Below are positions 18,871 through 28,477 of a stretch of DNA of 64,000 bases, piece after piece; position 1 is the stretch's first letter, and every line of letters begins with the position of its first letter. Source of the stretch: a virus (taxonomy: Duplodnaviria > Heunggongvirae > Uroviricota > Caudoviricetes); IMG/VR virus record IMGVR_UViG_3300043467_001216; one strand, given 5' to 3'. The notes beneath the pieces were generated by a model. That model did not search any database, was not told the DNA's origin, and saw only the letters and a program-made list of their open reading frames with translations. The position numbers and the translations under genes were made by a program.

Positions 18871-20751
18871 ATGGCTAATCAAAAAGTCCCCCAATTACCC
18901 GTATTAACCGCTATCACAGGTAGTGATTTATTTTACGTTGTTGACGTTAGTGATATAACGGATGACCCAACGGGTAGTTCCAAACAGATTACAAGAGACG
19001 AAATATTAACAAGTGTTAATCAAATAGATTTTAACTTAACTGCCGTAACAACACACGAGGAAGGTCGAGTTTCTTGGAATGATGATATTAAATCATTAGA
19101 AATTGATACTGAAAACCCTGAAGTTCAAGTCCAAGTAGGACACGAAATGGTTATTAGAGTTAACAATCAAACAGGTTCTATTTTAACTAAAGGGACTGTT
19201 GTGTATATCAACGGTGCTCAAGGTCAAAGACCTACAGTGACTAAGGCGGATTATAGTGCTGATACGTCATCAGCGTCAGTTATTGGTTTAGTTGCAGCTG
19301 ACATAAATAATGGTGATAATGGTTATGTTATCACATCAGGAATTCTTGAAGGTGTCAACACAATTGATTATACGGCAGGAACATCATTATATTTGTTCAC
19401 AGGTGGGACGTATTCCTCAAATAAACCGCAAGCCCCTGACCACGATGTTCGTATTGGTAAAGTGGTTGTGTCAAACGCAACTACGGGTTCTATATATGTT
19501 AATGTTCAGAATGGTTATGAACTAGATGAATTGCACGACGTTAGAATCACAAGTGTGTCTGAGAATGATGTCTTGGTTCGTAGTACCTATAACGGTTCAC
19601 CTGTTTGGGTGAATACTAAAACAATTTCAGGTCTTACATATGTGCAGGCGACAACAATATCTGCAACGACATATCAAAATTTACCACCTGACTTATGGAC
19701 TCAGAATGGTAGTAGTATATACTATAATGGTGGGAATGTTGGTATTGGTCAAAGTAACCCAACTAGAAAGTTTGAGGTTGTAGATGGTGCTAGTTTAGCT
19801 TATTTTAACTTAACTGGTACAAGTGGACCAGCAGCTGTTATTAGTACTACAGACCTTACAAAATTAACTAGATTTATTGCAACTGATGGGACTAATTCAA
19901 TAAATATTGGTATTAGAACATCTGGTGAAACTGATAATCCTACTGTTGGTGGACAAGGTGATGCATTTATTTATGTTAATGCAAGTGCTAAGGGTTTAAG
20001 TATTGTTAATGCACCTTTTACAGGTATTAATAATGATTATATTAGATTATATGCGGGTTTACTTGCGACTCAAGGTATATCACATTTACACGTGCAAGGT
20101 TCTGGAACTACTAAAGGGTTTATCGGAATAAATAATGAAAATCCTATTGCACGACTACATGTAAGTGGTGATACACTCATAGATGGTGTTTTATCAGCGA
20201 CAACAATATCAGCAACAACCGCATCAATATCAGGTTCAGGTCAAAATGTTTTAACTGTTACAGGTTCAGGTAATAGTACCTCATCACCAATATTTAAAGT
20301 TATTGGTTCACAAGGAGAATTGTTTAGTGTTACTGATTCATTAACAGGTTTATTACAAAGTGTTAATAATATCTCAGGTTTACCAATTTGGCAAGTATAT
20401 TCTGATAATACCATATTAATGGGAACGTATTTAGCACCTTCGTTAAACACGACCGTTAGGGTATCATTAACTGCTGGAACTAATACTGTCTATTCAATAC
20501 CGACAAGTGCCTATACAGGTGGTTTCTTTGATTATACTGTGATTAGTAGTGGAGGTGCGGGAGCTAGAGCGGGAACTGTTATGTCTATATGGAGTGGTAC
20601 TACGGCTGAATACACTGATGTATCAACTAATGATATTGGTAATACATCGGGGATATCATTTTCAGTTGCGGTTTCCGGTGGTAATTCAGTGTTAAGTTGT
20701 TCCGCAACTACTACGGGTTGGATATTAAAAACTATAGTTAGAAGTATATGA
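18871..20751 (+). CDS. tail fibre protein
   Basis: 626 aa, S/T/G/N-rich beta-type sequence; N-terminus MANQKVPQLP.LTAITGSDLFYVVD typical of phage fibres; shares ISATTYQNLP motif with 22515 ORF. Confidence 0.7.
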   Translation: MANQKVPQLPVLTAITGSDLFYVVDVSDITDDPTGSSKQITRDEILTSVNQIDFNLTAVTTHEEGRVSWNDDIKSLEIDTENPEVQVQVGHEMVIRVNNQTGSILTKGTVVYINGAQGQRPTVTKADYSADTSSASVIGLVAADINNGDNGYVITSGILEGVNTIDYTAGTSLYLFTGGTYSSNKPQAPDHDVRIGKVVVSNATTGSIYVNVQNGYELDELHDVRITSVSENDVLVRSTYNGSPVWVNTKTISGLTYVQATTISATTYQNLPPDLWTQNGSSIYYNGGNVGIGQSNPTRKFEVVDGASLAYFNLTGTSGPAAVISTTDLTKLTRFIATDGTNSINIGIRTSGETDNPTVGGQGDAFIYVNASAKGLSIVNAPFTGINNDYIRLYAGLLATQGISHLHVQGSGTTKGFIGINNENPIARLHVSGDTLIDGVLSATTISATTASISGSGQNVLTVTGSGNSTSSPIFKVIGSQGELFSVTDSLTGLLQSVNNISGLPIWQVYSDNTILMGTYLAPSLNTTVRVSLTAGTNTVYSIPTSAYTGGFFDYTVISSGGAGARAGTVMSIWSGTTAEYTDVSTNDIGNTSGISFSVAVSGGNSVLSCSATTTGWILKTIVRSI

Positions 20752-21476
20752 GTACACATTATAAACCAAGGATTATTACTGATAATTTAATTTATTATGT
20801 TGACGGTGCTAATACCTCATCATACCCTGGAACAGGAACTATTTGTGATGATTTATCACGTCGTCAATTATTAGAACTGTCTTTAGTTAATGGGGTTGCA
20901 TTTGAAAATAATAATGGTGGTGTTTTTACATTTGATGGTGTTGATGACTTAATGTTATCTGATGTTACGATGAACGGTAAAATGACTAGTGGTATGACAT
21001 TTGATGTTTGGTTTAAACGAACTCAAGATATGAACGCATTTAATATGGTGGTTTCAAATCCGGTTCCTTATATTGCGTTTAGAGGTTCGGGTGCGGGTGT
21101 TAACTCTCAATATTTTTTATTTTCATTTTTAACTAGAATATCTTCAACTAATACGCAACGTTATTTATATTCTAATAATACGTTTAGTAATAATGTTTGG
21201 TATAATGTTGTTTGTACGTTATCTCAAAATACGACAACACAAGTGGTTGATGCTAAAATGTATGTTAATGGTGAATTAAACAATACTATAAGTGTTGGTT
21301 CGGCAACTGATAGTGTGTATCAACCCACTGCTGGGACTTTTTTTAGATTGGCGAATTACGCTCCAGCGGCATATCCGTTTAAAGGTAATATTTCGTCAGT
21401 TAAAATGTATGATAAATTACTAACGTCTGATGAAATTTTACAAAATTATAATACATTAAAAAATAGATTTAATTAA
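20748..21476 (+). CDS. LamG/concanavalin-A-like lectin domain protein
   Basis: FTFDGVDD, W...V and FKGNISSVKMYDKLLTSDEILQNY typical of LamG_3 domains; ATGA overlap with fibre gene. Confidence 0.7.
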   Translation: MSTHYKPRIITDNLIYYVDGANTSSYPGTGTICDDLSRRQLLELSLVNGVAFENNNGGVFTFDGVDDLMLSDVTMNGKMTSGMTFDVWFKRTQDMNAFNMVVSNPVPYIAFRGSGAGVNSQYFLFSFLTRISSTNTQRYLYSNNTFSNNVWYNVVCTLSQNTTTQVVDAKMYVNGELNNTISVGSATDSVYQPTAGTFFRLANYAPAAYPFKGNISSVKMYDKLLTSDEILQNYNTLKNRFN

Positions 21477-21501
21477 ATATAAAAAAAATAGTTAGAATTG
21501 T

Positions 21502-22185
21502 ATGAGTTCATTTTCAGGTCCAAAAATAGATATTAATAACCTTGTGTTGTATTTAGATGCGGGAAACTCTGATTCTTATGTTAGTGGTTCTACCACATGG
21601 TATGATTTAAGTGGTAATAATTATAATGGTACGTTAATTAATGGTACGGGTTTTAGTAGTGAAAAAAATGGTTGTATGACATTTGATGGTATTGACGATA
21701 TGGTTAGAACAAATTTTCAAACAATAACTGTAAATAGTAGTTTTGAGATATGGGCTAATAGAACTGAGAGTGTCAACGCATATAATATGATGGCTGGTAT
21801 GTATCTACCTTATTTTGCTATGAATAGTGGTAATACTTTACACTTTTCTAATTCAATAGGTGGTGTTCAAAGAAGTGCTTTTTCTTCACCATCAGGAACT
21901 TTAATGGATAATACTTGGTATTGTTTTCATTTTGTAAATTCATATGATGGTGTTAATACAACAATGAAATCGTATATTAACGGCACTTTAGTTCGTAGTA
22001 TTACTAATACAGGTCAAACGATTACAACAACTTTTCTTCCTCTAGTTATTGGTGGTTGGAGGTCTAATTTACCAACTGATTATCCATTTAAAGGTAAAAT
22101 ATCAATTGTTAAGGTTTATAATAAAGAATTAACACAAGATGAAATTAATCAAAACTATAATGCAACAAAAGGTAGATATTTATAA
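21502..22185 (+). CDS. LamG/concanavalin-A-like lectin domain protein (paralog)
   Basis: MTFDGIDDMV and FKGKISIVKVYNKELTQDEINQNY; paralog of 20748-21476. Confidence 0.7.
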   Translation: MSSFSGPKIDINNLVLYLDAGNSDSYVSGSTTWYDLSGNNYNGTLINGTGFSSEKNGCMTFDGIDDMVRTNFQTITVNSSFEIWANRTESVNAYNMMAGMYLPYFAMNSGNTLHFSNSIGGVQRSAFSSPSGTLMDNTWYCFHFVNSYDGVNTTMKSYINGTLVRSITNTGQTITTTFLPLVIGGWRSNLPTDYPFKGKISIVKVYNKELTQDEINQNYNATKGRYL

Positions 22186-22187
22186 TT

Positions 22188-22457
22188 ATGGAAACAATAT
22201 TACAAGATTACGAAAACAGAAAATTTATGATATTTAACGTATCTGAATTGGGCTTGATTGATTTTACACAAGTTTATCAAACATCAATTGATACTGTTAG
22301 AAAATCAGTTGATGGAACTAAAACATTGGTTAAATGGGATTCGGATGGAATACCATCATCAGTTAATCAACTAACAACCAAAGAAGGTCCATATACTTAT
22401 GATGAAATAATCGTTATTTTAAATACTTCTGAATGGAGTGGGACAATACCTGAATAA
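22188..22457 (+). CDS. hypothetical protein
   Basis: 89-aa ORF in structural module. Confidence 0.55.
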   Translation: METILQDYENRKFMIFNVSELGLIDFTQVYQTSIDTVRKSVDGTKTLVKWDSDGIPSSVNQLTTKEGPYTYDEIIVILNTSEWSGTIPE

Positions 22458-22514
22458 ATTAATAATTGATGGTATTTATACATAAATAAACCTGGATAGG
22501 GAAAGGTAAAAATT

Positions 22515-22985
22515 ATGTCAAACGAATTTAATATAAAGAATGGGTTTATCTCAAACTCAGATTCTAGAGTGATTGGTGGTTTCACCGCTAACACAATATC
22601 AGCAACAACTTATCAAAACTTACCTGTTGACCCCAATTATTATGTAACTGCGTTCACGTATAGTAATAACGTATTTACGGTTAAGCAAACAGGACAATCT
22701 GATTTAACGGCAACAATAAATTCTGTAACAGGGTGGACTGTTAATGGTGTTTTAACTGTTACGGGTGATACATCATTACAGGGTGTTACTGCAAATACCA
22801 TATCGGCAACAACAATATCAGGTGGGACTATGGTTATAACAACAACACCAACTACTGATAATACGTTAACTCAAGTATTATCAAGAGACCCAGTAACGGG
22901 AACTGTCGAATTAGTCGATACAACATCATTCCCATTCAACTATGGGTTGGCAAACGCAATAATGACAGGAACTTTTTTAACATAA
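22515..22985 (+). CDS. short tail-fibre-related protein
   Basis: ANTISATTYQNLP and ANTISATTISGG repeats shared with 18871 ORF. Confidence 0.6.
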   Translation: MSNEFNIKNGFISNSDSRVIGGFTANTISATTYQNLPVDPNYYVTAFTYSNNVFTVKQTGQSDLTATINSVTGWTVNGVLTVTGDTSLQGVTANTISATTISGGTMVITTTPTTDNTLTQVLSRDPVTGTVELVDTTSFPFNYGLANAIMTGTFLT

Positions 22986-23011
22986 AAATAAAAATAAAAA
23001 TAAAGTAATAT

Positions 23012-23434
23012 ATGGCAAATACATCATTAAATACACAACCAATTTATACGGCATCCGCTGATACTCAATGGATTGGAGGGGCTTTAACTGCGAACACAAC
23101 TAAAGACTTAACATCAGGAACTGCTTATTTGGCGTTTACTGCGTCAGCGAATGGGGGGTATGTTCAAAGATTAAGATTAAGACCATTAGGGACTAACGTC
23201 GCATCATTGGCTAGAATATTTATTAATAATGGTGATGTTACAGGAACAACCGCGAATAATATTCTTTGGGATGAGATATCATTACCGGCAACAACAGTTT
23301 CTGAGACATCGGCTTTACCTACTTATGAAATTCCATTAAATTTTGCATTACCCGCAGGTTACAGATTGTTTGTGACTATTGCTACGGGTGTGGCCGCAGG
23401 TTTTGCGATAACAGTTATAGGTGGAAAATATTAA
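23012..23434 (+). CDS. hypothetical structural protein
   Basis: 140-aa ORF in fibre module. Confidence 0.6.
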   Translation: MANTSLNTQPIYTASADTQWIGGALTANTTKDLTSGTAYLAFTASANGGYVQRLRLRPLGTNVASLARIFINNGDVTGTTANNILWDEISLPATTVSETSALPTYEIPLNFALPAGYRLFVTIATGVAAGFAITVIGGKY

Positions 23435-23437
23435 GAT

Positions 23438-23617
23438 ATGAACGAGTATATATTGTGGGAGTTTGAATACGGATACACAGGTCAAGTGTATCAGGAAATC
23501 AATAACGGACAAGTTATTAGATATTGTGATTTGGATGGGAATACTTTAACACTTGAAGGTGCTTACGGGTATAATTTAATAAATGTAACACCAGAAAGAC
23601 CAAGTTGGGCGTTATAA
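23438..23617 (+). CDS. small hypothetical protein
   Basis: 59-aa ORF below cutoff; fills the gap exactly between neighbours. Confidence 0.4.
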   Translation: MNEYILWEFEYGYTGQVYQEINNGQVIRYCDLDGNTLTLEGAYGYNLINVTPERPSWAL

Positions 23618-23618
23618 T

Positions 23619-24539
23619 ATGATAGATACTTTTAACATAAATGACGGTAGTTTAAACAACCAAGTGTTCAACTATAATGGGAATACAGGGTGGCAAGTAT
23701 GGAACAAACCACCTAAATGTAATTTAGTGAATTTCTTTTTAGTTGGTGGTGGTGCCGGTGGTCAAGGTGGTATTATTAATTCTGCCGCCAATCGTAATGG
23801 AGGTGCGGGAGGTGGTTCTGCCGCCTTTTCATATATAACCGTTCCAGCATTTGCAATTCCCGATACTTTATATATATTAGTGGCAAGTGGTGGAACAGGA
23901 GGTGCGTCAAGTGGTGGTGCCGGTGGTCAAGGAAGTCTTAGTTATGTCTGTTCTGTACCTGATACGTCAACTGTTAATAATATATTAATGAGGAGTGGTT
24001 CGGCGAATGCGGGTGTTACAACAACAACAACTGCGGGTGCGGCAATTACTGTTGCGGATATTTTATTAGCTGAGGCTGCGTTTATTTCAGGATATGCGGG
24101 TCAAACAGGTGGTGCGGGTGGTGTAACAAGTACTCCTGCGGTTGATATAACACCAACAGGTATTCCATTCACATCAGGTGCGGGTGGTGCTGGATGTGGT
24201 TCGACAGGAACGTTAGGTGTTGCGGGGGATATCGTAGGTATTTTAGATTTCCCAATTATCTCAGGTGGTACAAATACATCATCGGCAGGTGCGACTGCGG
24301 GTTCGGGAAATAACGGATTTTCGACAAGAGAAAGTTTTACTAGCCAAAATTATAAATATCCTATGTTCTTTACAGGAGGTGCCGGTGGTGGTGCAGCCTC
24401 TAACGCAACAGGTGTTGGAGGACGTGGTGGTGATGGAGCCTATGGTTGTGGTGGAGGAGGTGGTGGTGCCGGTGGAAACACAACTGCGGGACGTGGTGGT
24501 GATGGTGGTCACGGATTAGTTATAATTACAGTTACATAA
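23619..24539 (+). CDS. glycine-rich domain protein (paralog 1)
   Basis: MIDTFNI...WQVWNKP..C..V.FFLVGGGAGGQGG...GGAGGGSA...L.ILV..GGTGG...GGDGGHGLVIIT; Gly_rich-type pattern. Confidence 0.75.
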   Translation: MIDTFNINDGSLNNQVFNYNGNTGWQVWNKPPKCNLVNFFLVGGGAGGQGGIINSAANRNGGAGGGSAAFSYITVPAFAIPDTLYILVASGGTGGASSGGAGGQGSLSYVCSVPDTSTVNNILMRSGSANAGVTTTTTAGAAITVADILLAEAAFISGYAGQTGGAGGVTSTPAVDITPTGIPFTSGAGGAGCGSTGTLGVAGDIVGILDFPIISGGTNTSSAGATAGSGNNGFSTRESFTSQNYKYPMFFTGGAGGGAASNATGVGGRGGDGAYGCGGGGGGAGGNTTAGRGGDGGHGLVIITVT

Positions 24540-24542
24540 AAT

Positions 24543-25487
24543 ATGATAGATACTTTTCACATATCAGATGGTAGTGTCAATAGACAAGTGTTCTATGCGA
24601 CAGGACCGAATACCTTCCAAACTTGGAATAAACCCCAAAACTGTAAATTCGTTTACTTCGTATTAATCGGAGGTGGCGGAGGTGGCGGAGGTGGTCAAAG
24701 TGGTGGAACAGGAACCTCTCGTAGAGGTGGTGGTTCAGGTGGTTCAGGTGGATTAACTAAAGGTATGTTTCCCTCTTCAATTATTCCTGATAGATTATAT
24801 ATTCAAGTTGGTTCAGGTGGAACTGCTGGTGTTGGTGGTACGACTAACAGTGATGGTGGTACTGCTGGTATATCATATGTTATGGTTACACCTGACACTA
24901 CTGAAACTGCACAAAATATACTACTACAAAGTAGTTTGGCGGCTGCGGGTGGTGGTCGTTCAGGTTTAAATGGTGGTGCTCTTGGTGCTGCTGCAACGGC
25001 TTGGGTATTCACTAATAATATTTTTTATAAATTTGGGTTGGTTGATACTTATGCGGGTCAAGCGGGTGTTTTAGGTCAAACAACGGCATTACCAACTAAC
25101 TTAACAATTAGTGGTATTGTAAGTGGTGGTGGTCCAGGTGCGGGTCAAAACGGTGCAACTGCACAAGAGGGTGGTTCAGTTGTTGGTGGTGGGTCAATAC
25201 CTACAATGACAGGAGGACCAGCGGGTGGTTCAGCGACATCAACAACACCCGGAGGTAATGGTAGTGGTGGATATATGACATTTACCCCTAACACACTTGG
25301 ATACACAACAGAACCATTGATATTTATCGGTGGTGCTGGTGGTGGTTCATCAGATGGTGGACCCGGAGGTTCAGGAGCTGGCGGAGCCTATGGTTGTGGT
25401 GGTGGAGGAGGTGGAGCCGGAATAACTAACCAAGGTGGTAATGGTGGTAAAGGTGGTGACGGAATAGTCATAATAACGTGGTGGTAA
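24543..25487 (+). CDS. glycine-rich domain protein (paralog 2)
   Basis: same N- and C-terminal frame as paralog 1; 3-nt spacer. Confidence 0.75.
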   Translation: MIDTFHISDGSVNRQVFYATGPNTFQTWNKPQNCKFVYFVLIGGGGGGGGGQSGGTGTSRRGGGSGGSGGLTKGMFPSSIIPDRLYIQVGSGGTAGVGGTTNSDGGTAGISYVMVTPDTTETAQNILLQSSLAAAGGGRSGLNGGALGAAATAWVFTNNIFYKFGLVDTYAGQAGVLGQTTALPTNLTISGIVSGGGPGAGQNGATAQEGGSVVGGGSIPTMTGGPAGGSATSTTPGGNGSGGYMTFTPNTLGYTTEPLIFIGGAGGGSSDGGPGGSGAGGAYGCGGGGGGAGITNQGGNGGKGGDGIVIITWW

Positions 25488-25496
25488 TATTATAAA

Positions 25497-26459
25497 ATGA
25501 TAGATACATTCAATTTACCTGGAAAGGAAAGGTATACACAAATTTTTACAGTAAACTCAAGTGGGTCAACAGGTTGGGAAACTTGGAATAAACCATCAAA
25601 CATTTCTTACATCCATATTTTATGTATTGGTGGTGGAGGAGGTGGAGGAGGGGCTCGTGGTAGTTCGCTGAATACCGCAACAGGAGGAGGTGGTGGAGGT
25701 TCTGCAGCTCACTCAATTGGATTATTTCCTGCGGTTTTATTACCTGATACATTATTCGTTCAGGTGGGTAAAGGAGGTGCTAGTGGTGTTGGTGGTGCTA
25801 AGGGTGTTAACGGAACTGATGGTGGTTCGGGAGAACATTCTTATGTGTCAGTTATACCATCAACGGGAACTACTGCGGTATTGATGAAAAACGGTACTGC
25901 GGGTGCTGATGGTGGTAATGGTGGACAAAGTTCAGTTCAAGGTGCTGCGGGAACTGCGGGAACAACTTGGACTTATAACACAACATTTATATTTCCCCAA
26001 TTAGGACAGATATCACCATTTGCTGGTCAAAATGGTGGTATCGGTGGTTCAACAGGTGGTGGTAATGGTGGTTCGATAACTATTACAGGTCCAACAACAG
26101 GTGGTGGTGGTGGAGGTGGAACAACAAGTGGTGGCTCATCAGGTGGTGGTGGTTCAATTACGGGTGTTGGGATAATACCAACTATTGTTGGTGGAACTGC
26201 GAATTCATTAACGGCTAGTAATGGTGCGGGTGGTTATGGTATGAATTTATTAACAACTGAATCAAGTTCACCAAGTCCTTTATTTTTTACGGGAGCTGCG
26301 GGTGGTGGTGGTGCTGGTCCAAATGCTGATAGAGAAGGTGGTGACGGAGGTCACGCTGCTTACGGTTCAGGAGGTGGAGGTGGAGGTGCATCTTATAATG
26401 GTAAAGGTGGTGACGGAGGTAAAGGTGGTGATGGTGTTGTAATTATTACTTGTTGGTAG
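25497..26459 (+). CDS. glycine-rich domain protein (paralog 3)
   Basis: same frame as paralogs 1 and 2; 9-nt spacer. Confidence 0.75.
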   Translation: MIDTFNLPGKERYTQIFTVNSSGSTGWETWNKPSNISYIHILCIGGGGGGGGARGSSLNTATGGGGGGSAAHSIGLFPAVLLPDTLFVQVGKGGASGVGGAKGVNGTDGGSGEHSYVSVIPSTGTTAVLMKNGTAGADGGNGGQSSVQGAAGTAGTTWTYNTTFIFPQLGQISPFAGQNGGIGGSTGGGNGGSITITGPTTGGGGGGGTTSGGSSGGGGSITGVGIIPTIVGGTANSLTASNGAGGYGMNLLTTESSSPSPLFFTGAAGGGGAGPNADREGGDGGHAAYGSGGGGGGASYNGKGGDGGKGGDGVVIITCW

Positions 26460-26493
26460 TTGACATTTCAATTTAAAAAGTCTAAAATTATTT

Positions 26494-27357
26494 ATGGAAA
26501 ATTATATAGGAAAAATTATAAATGGTGATTGTGTTGATGTTATGTCAGAAATGCCAATAAACTCAATTGACTTAATTGTAACGTCACCCCCATACGGAGT
26601 TGGGATTGCCTATGATGTTCACGATGATGATATGTATATTGATGAATATTTGAAATTTACAACCAAATGGTTAACACAAGCATATCAGATATTAAAAGAT
26701 GATGGAAGGATTGCGATAAACATTCCTTATGAAATTAATAGACAGGACAAAGGTGGAAGAATTTTCTTTTGTTCTGAGGTTTATCAGGTAATGAAAAGAA
26801 TTGGATTTAAATTCTTTGGTATTGTTGACCTTGAAGAAGATTCTCCTCATCGTAGTAAAACTACGGCTTGGGGTAGTTGGATGTCACCTTCAAGTCCTTA
26901 CATATATAATCCAAAAGAATGTGTTATATTAGCCTACAAACACAAACATATTAAAACAGTTAAAGGTGAACCACAATGGAAAGGAATGCCAACTGAGATT
27001 GAACAAGAAGATGGGACAGTTAAGAAAAAAGTTGTCTATGATGAAATGGATAAGAAAGAGTTTATGGAATTGGTGTTTGGTCAGTGGAAATATTTTGCTG
27101 ATACTAAATCGTTAACAAAAGCGACTTTCTCTATGGATATCCCAACTAAGGCGATTAAAATATTGTCATATAAGAATGACGTAATATTGGACCCATTTGC
27201 GGGTTCAGGAACAAGTTTGGTTGCTGCTGAAACATTGGATAGACGATGGGTGGGTATTGAATTATCACCAAATTATGCTGAGATAGCTTGGAAACGAGTC
27301 CAAGGATTTGTGGACCAAAAAAAACAACAAGAATTAGAATTCGAAAAGGGGGAATAA
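26494..27357 (+). CDS. DNA methyltransferase, beta-class N4-cytosine/N6-adenine
   Basis: DLIVTSPPYG (motif IV) is N-terminal; DPFAGSGTSLVAAE (motif I) is C-terminal; SPPY favours m4C but is not decisive. Confidence 0.85.
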   Translation: MENYIGKIINGDCVDVMSEMPINSIDLIVTSPPYGVGIAYDVHDDDMYIDEYLKFTTKWLTQAYQILKDDGRIAINIPYEINRQDKGGRIFFCSEVYQVMKRIGFKFFGIVDLEEDSPHRSKTTAWGSWMSPSSPYIYNPKECVILAYKHKHIKTVKGEPQWKGMPTEIEQEDGTVKKKVVYDEMDKKEFMELVFGQWKYFADTKSLTKATFSMDIPTKAIKILSYKNDVILDPFAGSGTSLVAAETLDRRWVGIELSPNYAEIAWKRVQGFVDQKKQQELEFEKGE

Positions 27358-27373
27358 AAATCCCCCTTTTTTT
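27348..27373 (+). terminator. rho-independent terminator
   Basis: GGGGGA-ataaaaa-TCCCCC followed by T7; overlaps the stop codon. Confidence 0.8.
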
Positions 27374-27382
27374 GTTTTCATA

Positions 27383-27397
27383 ATATTTATAATAAAA
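27383..27397 (+). promoter_or_regulatory. ATATTTAT-type upstream motif
   Basis: ATATTTATAATAAAA 6 nt before ATG 27404. Confidence 0.4.
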
Positions 27398-27403
27398 AAT
27401 GTT

Positions 27404-28477
27404 ATGAGCCATTATATTATTAATAAACACGAATTTAAAGACGTTGTTAATAAAATTTACTTAGAAGAACAAAAAAACATTTTAAATGAGAAATGGTCTA
27501 AATTAAGTAAAGGGGAAAAAATATTCGTATTAGAATTTCTAAAAGTCATATATCCTGATAAATCTAAATTAATACAAGAATCTAAATGGTATAATACTTT
27601 AGGTGATATTGCCGGTATTTTTGACCCTACAGGTGTGATTGATGTTATCAACGGTATTAGTTATTGGAGACAAGATGATAAGTTATTTGCGTTACTGTCT
27701 TGGATTTCTGTAGTACCATTAATCGGTGACGTGATTGGTAAACCTGTTATTGGTGCATTAAAATTAGGTGGTGATACTGCTAAAATGTTTAAAGCCGCAG
27801 CTCTTGCGGGTGATGCTGCTAAAGTTGCTGAAACTGCAACTAAATCAGGTGGAGCTATTGGTAAATTTGTTAGTACTTCACCTACTTGGGGTGTTAAATT
27901 ATTAGAAATTTTAAAAAATGCGGGAAACAAAGTTCCAATACTAAGACGAATGTTTAAGTTAATTGAGGAATATGTTTCAGTGTTTGTAACCGCTAGTAAA
28001 GAAATGAAACTTGGTGCTGAGGTAACCAAAGGTATCGGTCTTGCGGAAAAGGAAACGTTAAAAAATACTTTTAGAGGGTTTAGAGATTTTGGTGGGTTTA
28101 AAAATAAATACCTCAAGTACATTTCATCTAAGGACGTATCACTCTGGAAAAAATTCACTGCGGGAGCACCACGAATATTTGGTGGTAATCCGGCTACTAG
28201 GTCATTAATGAGAAGAACTAAATGGTATTTAGGGTTTCTTGATTTCTTAGGTATTGGTGATTTTAAAACAACACCTGATGAATTAATGATTAAGTATCCG
28301 AATATAGAACAACAAGTTAATAAGTATAATCAAACTGAAAAGGCTCAACAAACATGGAATCAAGATTTTGGTTCAGGTGGTGATACACAAACCCAACAAA
28401 CAGATGGTGGGTTAAATACTCAAGATATTATGGGTATAAACCCGTTAGAAGTTTTTTTAAATCCTTTGTTTAAATAA
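27404..28477 (+). CDS. hypothetical protein
   Basis: 357-aa ORF; antisense 165-aa ORF rejected. Confidence 0.65.
   Translation: MSHYIINKHEFKDVVNKIYLEEQKNILNEKWSKLSKGEKIFVLEFLKVIYPDKSKLIQESKWYNTLGDIAGIFDPTGVIDVINGISYWRQDDKLFALLSWISVVPLIGDVIGKPVIGALKLGGDTAKMFKAAALAGDAAKVAETATKSGGAIGKFVSTSPTWGVKLLEILKNAGNKVPILRRMFKLIEEYVSVFVTASKEMKLGAEVTKGIGLAEKETLKNTFRGFRDFGGFKNKYLKYISSKDVSLWKKFTAGAPRIFGGNPATRSLMRRTKWYLGFLDFLGIGDFKTTPDELMIKYPNIEQQVNKYNQTEKAQQTWNQDFGSGGDTQTQQTDGGLNTQDIMGINPLEVFLNPLFK

Noticed and set aside
24265-25884. Several 64-84-aa ORFs on both strands within the glycine-rich genes
   Set aside because: They are alternative-frame artefacts of GGT/GGA-rich repeats (V/T/R-rich translations), nested in clearly paralogous long ORFs.
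27661-28158. 165-aa minus-strand ORF inside gene 27404-28477
   Set aside because: It is an antisense shadow ORF, wholly nested in a longer + strand gene that fits the operon. The sequence is low-complexity.
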